From Bdellovibrionota bacterium (lineage in GTDB: Bacteria; Bdellovibrionota_C; UBA2361; JAAYZI01): DNA of 64,000 nucleotides. This document shows, in pieces, positions 19,177 through 27,652 of the stretch (position 1 is the stretch's first letter; each line of letters starts with the position of its first letter). The translations under genes and the position numbers were made by a program. The DNA is taken from positions 1 to 64,000 of the forward strand of contig JBMNIF010000005.1 of NCBI GenBank assembly GCA_050950765.1. Reading direction: 5' to 3'. Under the pieces are notes generated by a model, which saw only the letters and a program-made list of their open reading frames with translations, had not been told where the DNA came from and searched no databases.

Positions 19177-20427
19177 ATGACTGCTCAAACAATTTTAAAT
19201 ATATACCTGATACTTTTTGCAATTTATGTTGTTATTGAAGTCCTTCTATCCCTTCTCAATATCAGAGAGGCAAAAAGCACTAACGGGAAGCTTCCCGATT
19301 TTTTAATAGGGCAAGTTGAAGAGGAGACCTTTAATCGTTCGGTAGAATATACTCTCGCTAAAGAAAAGCTAGCTCTTTTTAGTCATTTCTACCTCTCCAT
19401 AATTTTATTATTACTACTCTGCTCAGGGATATTAGGATCGACGCTACACTTTTTTGAAAATATTTTTGGCGCATCATATACAGCAGCGGTGTTTTTTATC
19501 CTCTCACTTGGATTGTTTTTTGACATTATTTCATGGCCCCTGCAACTCCTGATGACGTTTAAGGTGGAAGCTTCTTTCGGCTTTAATAAGATGACTCTGC
19601 AACTCTGGATCTCCGACAAGTTAAAAGGTTACCTCCTCAGCATCTTCATTAGCGTGCCGTTACTATACGCTATTTTTTGGTTTGTAGATATTTGTGGCGC
19701 CCTCTGGTGGGTTTATGCAGCTGCACTAACGATTTCCCTCAACCTCTTAATCGTTTACGTTCATCCGATCTGGATAGCTCCTCTTTTTAACAAGTTTACT
19801 CCACTCAAAGACGCCACCTTAAAAGAGAAAATTCTAAGCTTAGCTGAACGTTTAAATTTTTCACTGGTTGATGTTTTTGAGATGGATGGTAGCAAACGGA
19901 GCGCTCATGCCAATGCCTATTTTACGGGCTTCGGTAAAAATAGGCGCGTAGTTTTGTTCGATACCCTTTGCGACCTCTTAAAAGAAAATGAGATTCTCGC
20001 TGTTTTAGCGCATGAAATCGGGCATATGAAAAAAAAGCATATCCTAAAAGGGCTTATATTATCGTGTTCAATATTAGTATTTTCTTTTTGGTTGATTGAG
20101 TTTTCTTTACACTACCCGAACTTCTTTAATGCTTTCGGATTCGACAAGCCATCTAGCGCAGCAGCCTTAGCTCTTCTTCTTTTTTTCTCCGCTCCTGTCG
20201 TCTATTTTTTAACGCTTTCGTCTGCTATCTTATCGCGCCGCTTTGAATATCAAGCAGACGCCTTTGCAAAGGTAGCTTGTAACGGATCTGAAGATTTAGC
20301 AAACGCACTTATCGCACTATCAAAAAAGAGTTTAAGCAACTATCTGCCACATCCGTTATACATTTTTTTTCACTATACGCACCCACCGTTACGTGAACGT
20401 TTAAAAGCTTTAAGGGAAGAACAATGA
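19177..20427 (+). CDS. M48 zinc metalloprotease (Ste24-like)
   Basis: ANAYFTGFG, HEIGH, EYQAD and YTHPP motifs; multiple transmembrane segments. Confidence 0.93.
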   Translation: MTAQTILNIYLILFAIYVVIEVLLSLLNIREAKSTNGKLPDFLIGQVEEETFNRSVEYTLAKEKLALFSHFYLSIILLLLLCSGILGSTLHFFENIFGASYTAAVFFILSLGLFFDIISWPLQLLMTFKVEASFGFNKMTLQLWISDKLKGYLLSIFISVPLLYAIFWFVDICGALWWVYAAALTISLNLLIVYVHPIWIAPLFNKFTPLKDATLKEKILSLAERLNFSLVDVFEMDGSKRSAHANAYFTGFGKNRRVVLFDTLCDLLKENEILAVLAHEIGHMKKKHILKGLILSCSILVFSFWLIEFSLHYPNFFNAFGFDKPSSAAALALLLFFSAPVVYFLTLSSAILSRRFEYQADAFAKVACNGSEDLANALIALSKKSLSNYLPHPLYIFFHYTHPPLRERLKALREEQ

Positions 20428-21476
20428 TAAATGACAAGATAAAAACGTTAGACGAATTACAAGCATTGCGTCCTCTCTGGACGGAGCAAAAGTTAAAGGT
20501 CGGTTTTACATCTGGAGTTTTTGATCTGCTACACGCTGGCCATGCTGAATACCTCGAAACAGCAAAAAGCCACTGCGATCTCTTAATCGTCGCAGTAAAC
20601 AGTGACACCTCCGTGCGTCAAAATAAAGGTCCAAGTAGACCCATCGTTTCTCAAGAAGCAAGAGCTACTCTGATAGCTGCCCTAGCTTCCGTAGACTATG
20701 TTTTTATTTTTGAAGAAACGACCAACAGGAACAACATTGATAAATTGCGTCCTGACTTTTATATAAAAGCGGGTGACTATTCACCTGAACAACTAGGCTC
20801 GGGACCATTTGTTAAATCTTATGGTGGAGAGATTATCATTGTGCCGTTTAAAGCGGGTTTCTCCTCAAGCTCTATCATTGAAAAAATACAGAAACAAAGT
20901 GTCACAATTTCTTTAAAGCACGATGTGCCGCAAGATCAGAAAGCGATATTTTTGGATAGAGACGGCACAATTATTGAGCATATTGAATATTTGCACGAGC
21001 CGGAAAGGGTTCGCGAAATTGAGGGTTCTTTTGCCGCCTTAAAGCAGCTGCGAGAGCTAGGATTCAAAATTATCATTGTAACGAATCAACCTGGGATAGG
21101 ATTTGGCTATTTTGATAAAGAAGATTTTTTTAAAGTTAATAAGGAGTTTTTACGCTTAGCTAATAACGCTGGTGTCTTGATAGATAAGATCTATTTTTGT
21201 CCGCACACAGCTGCGGAAAAATGTGAGTGTAGAAAACCTAACACCGCTTTTTTAAAACGTGCTGTTTCTGAATTAGGCATTGATTTATCAAAAAGTTTTA
21301 TGATTGGAGATTCTGCTTCTGATATTCAATTCGGTAAGAATGGCGCTTTAAAAACAGTTCTTGTAGAATGTGATCCTCCGATAGATCCGACCTGTTGCAC
21401 CCCTGATTTTATCGCAAAAGATTTAACAGAAGCAGCTAGATGGATCAAAGAGCAATCGCAAAATATTTCGGAATAA
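20424..21476 (+). CDS. Fusion of RfaE-II-like heptose nucleotidyltransferase and GmhB-like heptose bisphosphate phosphatase
   Basis: N-half GVFDLLHAGH, NSD.SVR..KG..RP and KAGDY; C-half FLDRDGT, TNQPGI, CPH..CECRKP and IGD. Confidence 0.85.
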   Translation: MINDKIKTLDELQALRPLWTEQKLKVGFTSGVFDLLHAGHAEYLETAKSHCDLLIVAVNSDTSVRQNKGPSRPIVSQEARATLIAALASVDYVFIFEETTNRNNIDKLRPDFYIKAGDYSPEQLGSGPFVKSYGGEIIIVPFKAGFSSSSIIEKIQKQSVTISLKHDVPQDQKAIFLDRDGTIIEHIEYLHEPERVREIEGSFAALKQLRELGFKIIIVTNQPGIGFGYFDKEDFFKVNKEFLRLANNAGVLIDKIYFCPHTAAEKCECRKPNTAFLKRAVSELGIDLSKSFMIGDSASDIQFGKNGALKTVLVECDPPIDPTCCTPDFIAKDLTEAARWIKEQSQNISE

Positions 21477-21500
21477 CCGTTTACAAAAAAAGAGATAAAA

Positions 21501-22343
21501 ATGCAGATTATCAAAACTATATCGGATCTCCGCCAAGCTTTAAAGGCGCATCGTCAAAACTCGGAACGCATAGCGTTAGTACCAACTATGGGCGCTCTAC
21601 ACGAAGGACATTTAAGTTTAGTACGTTTAGCTAAAAAGCATGCTGACTGTGTAGTGATGTCTGTTTTTGTTAATCCTACGCAGTTTAACGATAAAAAAGA
21701 CTTAGCGACGTATCCCAGAGATTTAGAAGCCGATATAAAAAACGCCGAAGCAGTTGGTGTCGACCTAGTTTTTGCACCAGAAGTTAATGAGATGTATTCG
21801 CAACAAAGCGGTATCTCCACATCAGTTCAAGCCGGAGACTGTGCTGAGGGGCTTTGTGGATCAAAACGTCCAGGTCATTTTAATGGAGTGGTGACTGTCG
21901 TCAGTATGCTTTTTAATATCGTTAATCCTGATTACGCTGTGTTCGGTGAAAAAGATTATCAGCAGTTGATGGTCATTCGTCAGATGGTCGACACAATGCA
22001 CTATCCAATAGAGATTATTGCAGCACCGATTATAAGGGAAGAGAGTGGTCTCGCCCTAAGTTCTCGCAATCAACTACTTTCTACTGAAGATAAAAAGCGT
22101 GCCTGTATTATTTCAAAAACCCTTTTTGCGGCGCAAAGTGCAGTAAAAAATGGCGAGAGTTCAGCTGCTGCTATCAAAAGTCAGGTAGAATCAAAATTAA
22201 AAGATGCCGGTTTTATAATTGATTATGTTGAAGTGATGCATCCAACAAAATTGCATTCCATTGAAAAAATAGAGGGTGGCGCACAACTTCTTGTAGCTGT
22301 ATTCTTAGGAGAAGTTAGATTGATTGATAATGTAAGGTTGTGA
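21501..22343 (+). CDS. panC: Pantoate--beta-alanine ligase
   Basis: PTMGALHEGH, FVNPTQF, RPGHF, GEKDYQQ and RLIDN motifs. Confidence 0.97.
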   Translation: MQIIKTISDLRQALKAHRQNSERIALVPTMGALHEGHLSLVRLAKKHADCVVMSVFVNPTQFNDKKDLATYPRDLEADIKNAEAVGVDLVFAPEVNEMYSQQSGISTSVQAGDCAEGLCGSKRPGHFNGVVTVVSMLFNIVNPDYAVFGEKDYQQLMVIRQMVDTMHYPIEIIAAPIIREESGLALSSRNQLLSTEDKKRACIISKTLFAAQSAVKNGESSAAAIKSQVESKLKDAGFIIDYVEVMHPTKLHSIEKIEGGAQLLVAVFLGEVRLIDNVRL

Positions 22344-22382
22344 CAGTTTTTATTTCTGTAAAAAAGTGAGGCTATACTCAAG

Positions 22383-22727
22383 ATGGGGCAAGATACGTTA
22401 TTCTTAAAAATAATACGTCGTGAGATTCCTGCGGATATCGTTTATGAAACGGATGATGTGTTAGCTTTTCGAGATATAAATCCGCAAGCTCCTGTGCATA
22501 TTTTAGTAATCCCGAAACAGGTTATAACAGGGATTGCAGCAGCAACGACTGCTGACGAAAGCACTTTGGGGAAGTTACTTTTAGCAGCTAAAGAGGTTGC
22601 CGAACAGGAAGGTTTAAAGAACGGCTATCGTCTGATAATTAATCAGGGACAAGATGGTCAACAAACGGTGCAACATCTACACGTCCATATCCTCGGAGGC
22701 CGCCAACTGAACTGGCCCCCTGGTTGA
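22383..22727 (+). CDS. hinT: Histidine triad nucleotide-binding protein
   Basis: HLHVH triad, AFRDINPQAPVH and WPPG terminus. Confidence 0.92.
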   Translation: MGQDTLFLKIIRREIPADIVYETDDVLAFRDINPQAPVHILVIPKQVITGIAAATTADESTLGKLLLAAKEVAEQEGLKNGYRLIINQGQDGQQTVQHLHVHILGGRQLNWPPG

Positions 22728-23017
22728 TAATTTTTTATCCTCCCCCCTCAATCTAAACAATTCAATCTAGATGTTTTTAAAAAAGCTTCTTACGAACGCT
22801 TTTAAAAAGACTTTTAGTTTTTGTTTTAACAAACACAATTCTCCTATCCTCAGCCTAGACAGTTTAAAAAAACTTCAGACAAATTTCATCTCCCACTATC
22901 TTTATGAAGAGTTAAAAAAAGAAAAGAAAAAATAATCTTAGGAAGGAAAACAGAATCTAGCAGCACTCACCTAAAGCCCTGCGTATCTATCCTCTTTCTC
23001 CCCTTCTCTTTAAACTG

Positions 23018-23058
23018 TCTCCACTTTTATTAACTCTTGTTGATAATGAAAGTGGAGA
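23018..23058. other. Long hairpin upstream of nfnA
   Basis: TCTCCACTTT...AAAGTGGAGA perfect 10-bp arms plus inner TATTAAC/GTTGATA pairing; function unknown. Confidence 0.4.
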
Positions 23059-23274
23059 TTTAAGCGACGAATCGTTTGATTTTTTAGGAGTTTTTATTTG
23101 AAATGGAGGTGCTAGATGAGACCCTCTCTCTGGAGGAGAAGTGCGGCAGCGACAGTCATCTTTTGCACGATACCCAGCAAAGGACGGCTATTCTGTAAAG
23201 GGTGTTATTTCTTATTTAAAAAGGTTAAAGTGCGTGCGGATTCTTTTTTAGATTAACTATCAGGATTTATTACT

Positions 23275-24105
23275 ATGTTTAAGATTATTAGTGCAACATG
23301 GTTAGCCCCAGCTGTAAAACGTTTTATTATTGACGCTCCACGTATTGCAAACAGCCATAAACCAGGACATTTTGTTATTATCAGACTTTCAGAAGACGGT
23401 GAAAGGATACCCTTAACGATCGCCCATTCTGATAAACAAGCAGGTACCATTACCTTAATAGTACAAGCTATCGGTGATACCACAAAAGATCTGTGCAACA
23501 TGGAAAGTGGTCAAGAGATCTTGGATGTGGCGGGTCCACTCGGGAAAGCGACCACTATGAAGAAATTCGGACACGTAGTCTTAATAGGTGGTGGTGTGGG
23601 AACCGCTGTAATTGCACCACAAGCAGCTGCCCTAAAGGATTGCGGTAATACCGTTACCGCTATTATCGGTGGTCGCAGCAAAGAATACGTTATTCTGGAG
23701 GATGAACTAAAACACTCTTGTGCTGCCGTTTATCCGTGTACAGATGATGGTAGCTATGGATTTCACGGCTTGGTTACCGCTAAGCTTCAAGAATTAATAG
23801 ATAGCAATGCTAAGGTTGATTGCGTCATTACTGCTGGACCTGTACCGATGATGCGTGCCGTAGCAGAAACGACGCGCCCCTACTCTATTCATACAGTAGC
23901 ATCATTAAATCCGATCATGGTGGATGGAACGGGTATGTGTGGTGGGTGTCGAGTTATAGTCGGTGGAAAAACGCTTTTTGCCTGTGTTGATGGTCCCGAG
24001 TTTGATGCGCATCAAGTTGATTTTGCGGACTTAACAGCTCGTCTGCGTACTTACGATCAACCGAAGCCGCCCCAAACAGATCACTGCAAGATGAAAAAAA
24101 TCTAA
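23275..24105 (+). CDS. nfnA: Electron-bifurcating transhydrogenase small subunit (NfnA/SudB)
   Basis: GERIPLTI, GPLG and MVDGTGMCGGCRV...CVDGPEFD motifs. Confidence 0.88.
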   Translation: MFKIISATWLAPAVKRFIIDAPRIANSHKPGHFVIIRLSEDGERIPLTIAHSDKQAGTITLIVQAIGDTTKDLCNMESGQEILDVAGPLGKATTMKKFGHVVLIGGGVGTAVIAPQAAALKDCGNTVTAIIGGRSKEYVILEDELKHSCAAVYPCTDDGSYGFHGLVTAKLQELIDSNAKVDCVITAGPVPMMRAVAETTRPYSIHTVASLNPIMVDGTGMCGGCRVIVGGKTLFACVDGPEFDAHQVDFADLTARLRTYDQPKPPQTDHCKMKKI

Positions 24106-24151
24106 TTACTACAATGATAAAATAAATTATATTTTCAAAAATAGGATAATT

Positions 24152-25552
24152 ATGGATATGCCACAAAAAAGAGATCTAGAACGTCAAAAGATGCCGGAAC
24201 AAGATGCTAAGGAACGTGCTAAAAATTTTGCAGAGGTAAATATAGGGCTATCACCGGAGGCGGCATTGTTGGAATCATCACGTTGTTTTCAATGCAAAAA
24301 AGCGGGATGTATGGCAGGTTGTCCAGTTGGAATTAATATTCCTCAATTTATTGCAGCTATTAAAGATAATAATTTAAAAAAAGCTGCGGACACCCTCTTT
24401 GAAGCGAACTTACTCCCTGGAATTACGGGACGTGTCTGTGCTCAAGAGAATCAATGTGAAGCCATGTGTATCCGTAAGGCAAAGTCAGATTCCGTGGCGA
24501 TCGGTTACTTAGAGAGATACGTTGCAGATTGGGCTAGAGAAAACTACTCTCCGACCTCTCATATTGCTCCCTCAAACGGTAAAAAAGCAGCAATAGTAGG
24601 TTCAGGTCCAGCAGGATTAACTTGTGCTGCGGAGCTCGCTCGTAAAGGCTACGATGTGACAATCTTCGAAGCTTTACACGTTGCTGGAGGTGTTTTAACT
24701 TACGGTATTCCGCAATTTCGGTTACCAAAAGAGATCGTTAAAGATGAGATTCAAAAACTATGCGATCTCGGCGTTAAAATAGAGTGCAATGTCATTATCG
24801 GTCAGACCTACACCATAGATGATCTCCTTAATAAAGAGGGATTTGATACAATTTTTATCTCCAGCGGTGCGGGGCTTCCTATATTCCAAAATATCAAAGG
24901 TGAGGGATTAAAAGGTGTTTACTCATCTAACGAATATCTGACACGTGCTAATTTAATGCGAGCTAATCGTGGTGGGAAGACACCAATTCTGAAAGCAAAC
25001 CGTGTCGTTGTTATTGGCGGCGGAAATACTGCCATGGATTCTGTGCGAACTGCTAAACGGATGGGAGCAGAAAAGGCTATTATCCTCTATCGTCGTAGCA
25101 AAGAAGAGATGCCTGCTAGATTAGAAGAGATTAAACACGCAGAGCAGGAAGGTATTGAGTTTATTTTTCTGGCAGCTCCGCTCGAAATATTAGGCGATGA
25201 TCAAGGTCGAGTTCGCGGCATTAAGTGCCAAAAAATGCAGCTGGGAGAACCCGATAGCTCGGGACGTAGATCCCCCATCCCCATTGCAGACACTGAATTT
25301 GAAATAGAGTGCGAAATCGTAATTGAGGCGATCGGCACAGGTGCGAATCCACTTTTAACTCGTGCCACACCCGACTTAAAACTAAACAAGCGGGGTTATA
25401 TCGAAGTTGATGAAAATAGCATGACCAGCATCAACGGCGTTTTTGCAGGTGGTGATATCGTACGCGGAGCCGCAACAGTTATTCTAGCTATGGGAGACGG
25501 AAAAAATGCCGCTAAAAAGATGGATGAATACTGCATGCAGCAGAATAGATAA
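24152..25552 (+). CDS. nfnB: NfnB/SudA (GltD-like) large subunit
   Basis: RCFQC..C...CP, GRVC.QE.QCE, GSGPAG, GGGNTAMD and AGGDIVRG motifs; follows nfnA. Confidence 0.85.
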   Translation: MDMPQKRDLERQKMPEQDAKERAKNFAEVNIGLSPEAALLESSRCFQCKKAGCMAGCPVGINIPQFIAAIKDNNLKKAADTLFEANLLPGITGRVCAQENQCEAMCIRKAKSDSVAIGYLERYVADWARENYSPTSHIAPSNGKKAAIVGSGPAGLTCAAELARKGYDVTIFEALHVAGGVLTYGIPQFRLPKEIVKDEIQKLCDLGVKIECNVIIGQTYTIDDLLNKEGFDTIFISSGAGLPIFQNIKGEGLKGVYSSNEYLTRANLMRANRGGKTPILKANRVVVIGGGNTAMDSVRTAKRMGAEKAIILYRRSKEEMPARLEEIKHAEQEGIEFIFLAAPLEILGDDQGRVRGIKCQKMQLGEPDSSGRRSPIPIADTEFEIECEIVIEAIGTGANPLLTRATPDLKLNKRGYIEVDENSMTSINGVFAGGDIVRGAATVILAMGDGKNAAKKMDEYCMQQNR

Positions 25553-25594
25553 CCTAAAAAGAGCTAGCTGATCCCCTCTTCAGCTTAAGCCCAT

Positions 25595-26470
25595 CCAGTT
25601 TTTTAACCCCTGTCAAAACCTAGCTGATTCGCTTTGCAGTCACAGCCCGTCCAGCCGTTACTGGTGGGTGGCACCAAATTCGCTTAAGCCGTCAAGGCAC
25701 CAAAGCTGGAGGGTGGCACCAGATCCAAGCCCTCAGTTATAGCCCGTTCAAGCGTCCCTAGCGGGTGGTGGTAAATTCACCCCGTCTAGATCTAGCTAAC
25801 TTGTTCTGCAGTCACAGCCCGTCCTGCTGTCCCTAGTGGGAAGCGTCCCTGAAGGGTGGCACCAAAACTGTCAAATCCCGAGTTTCTGTTAACGTCTTGA
25901 TATTATTACAGCTTACCTTTAACTAAAAGAAGGGTGGCACCAAATTCGCCTAAGCCGTCAAGGCACCAAAGCTGAAGGGTGGCACCAGATCCAAGCCCTG
26001 CTAAAACTCCCAGATCCCGTCTTACTGAAGGGTGGCACCAAATTCGCCGAATGTAGGACTTTTACTAACATACTGATATTATTAGCTGCCAATTAGGACA
26101 CCCACTTTTAACTGGTGGGTGGCACCAAAATTTAACCCTCGTGAAAACCCAACCAACTTGCTTTTTAATATCAGCCCGCTCAAGTGTTCCTCCTGTCAAA
26201 ACCTAGCTGATTCGCTTTGCAGTCGCAGCCCGCTCAAGCGTTCCTGTGAAGAGAGCCCTTACTGAAGGGTGGCACCAAAACTGTCGAATCCCGAGTTTCT
26301 GTTAACGTCTTGATATTATTACAGCTTACCTTTAACTAAAAGAAGGGTGGCACCAAATTCGCTTAAGCCGTCAAGGCACCAAAGCTGAAGGGTGGCACCA
26401 GATCCAAGCCTCACTGTTATTGGTGGGTGGCACCAAATTTTCAGCCCGTTCAAGCGTCCCTGAATGGTGA
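25595..26470. repeat. Modular REP/BIME-like array 3 (about 11 cores)
   Basis: Repeated cores; about 150-bp block 25849-25998 repeated at 26262-26411. Confidence 0.9.
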
Positions 26471-26509
26471 AAGGGATCGTCACTAGCTTCTTTAAGCACC
26501 TCTACGCAT

Positions 26510-26550
26510 AAAAAAACGGGAAGTGAATTCACACCCACCTCCCGTTTTTA
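26510..26550. terminator. Probable bidirectional intrinsic terminator
   Basis: AAAAAACGGGAAGTG...CACCTCCCGTTTTT stem flanked by A- and T-tracts, between convergent genes. Confidence 0.7.
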
Positions 26551-26575
26551 TAATTATAATTTATTTAGAGTAGAG

Positions 26576-27436
26576 CTACTCGATTCTACCAGCACAAGGA
26601 TCGCTGATTCTCCAACACCCCCACTTTGTGCCAAATTTACACCGCAATATCGTAGGTTTCTTATAAGCACGACAACCGTAACGAGCTCTCCAATGCTGAC
26701 GACCAACTCCTGCAAACGGATTAGCACTCTGTGCGCTGCACCACATATCAGAAGTCTTATTGCCGTTAGAATCCTCTAGTAAACAAGCTGAAGCTCTTTT
26801 ATAGATCGGCATCAAGGCAACAGGAACATGCCCATAAGCTTCCCCTTGTTTCCACAAGAAGCCATTACCTAAGCCATACCAAGTATCACACTTATTGGCG
26901 CGTTCAATGCCACCATCTCCACACCGTTTAGATTTAATTTTTCCATTAATATCTGCAACGGCTTCACTGTAAAAATCGCGAGAGACATACTTACGCACCT
27001 TTCTCAAGCCTTTCCTCGCATCCTTCAAACACGCTCTGCGAGAATCCTTATACTTTAAACCGCAGCAAGCTTCATCAACTTCCGTTGAAACCTCAACGCT
27101 ACTTCTACAAATTGGGTTGGCGATAGGTCGTGTATCTTTAATTGATGCACCTTTTTCTTTTAGGCTTGTGAAATCTTTTCTAATGGATCTCATCAGATCG
27201 CGACCAACATACTTCCGTACTTTTTTGAGGTCTGAATAAAAATTATTTAAGCACCGCCTCTGGAGCCTTTTAGTTTTTTTCGTGCAACAAATCCGTCGCA
27301 TCTTCGCACCCACTGCATCATCACACATCAACCCTTCAGCGTTGGCATAGACAGTGGAACCAAAAAAACCTAAAAATACCCAAAAAGCAAACACCGTTTT
27401 TGTTCTGTTAAACATCAAAATATCTCCTAAAAACAC
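26576..27436 (-). CDS. Secreted cysteine-rich hypothetical protein
   Basis: Signal peptide (ANA-E), internal duplicated CC..C..LxKVRKYV.RD motif and Cys-rich C-terminal domain. Confidence 0.7.
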   Translation of the reverse strand: MFLGDILMFNRTKTVFAFWVFLGFFGSTVYANAEGLMCDDAVGAKMRRICCTKKTKRLQRRCLNNFYSDLKKVRKYVGRDLMRSIRKDFTSLKEKGASIKDTRPIANPICRSSVEVSTEVDEACCGLKYKDSRRACLKDARKGLRKVRKYVSRDFYSEAVADINGKIKSKRCGDGGIERANKCDTWYGLGNGFLWKQGEAYGHVPVALMPIYKRASACLLEDSNGNKTSDMWCSAQSANPFAGVGRQHWRARYGCRAYKKPTILRCKFGTKWGCWRISDPCAGRIE

Positions 27437-27652
27437 TTTTAGAAATAGAACACTGCAAGATCAAACATGGTCGATTTAACCTTAAAGATTGGTTTACAAC
27501 GAAGAATCGCGCACCAGACCTTAGCATTCGTTTGCAGAGACTAACACTAGATTGCAAATCCCACAATTAGAGATCTTAACAAGTCTAGAAAAAGTAGCAC
27601 ATATCAGCACTCTGAGACTGTGTATAAGATATTCATAAAAGATATCTTTTAT

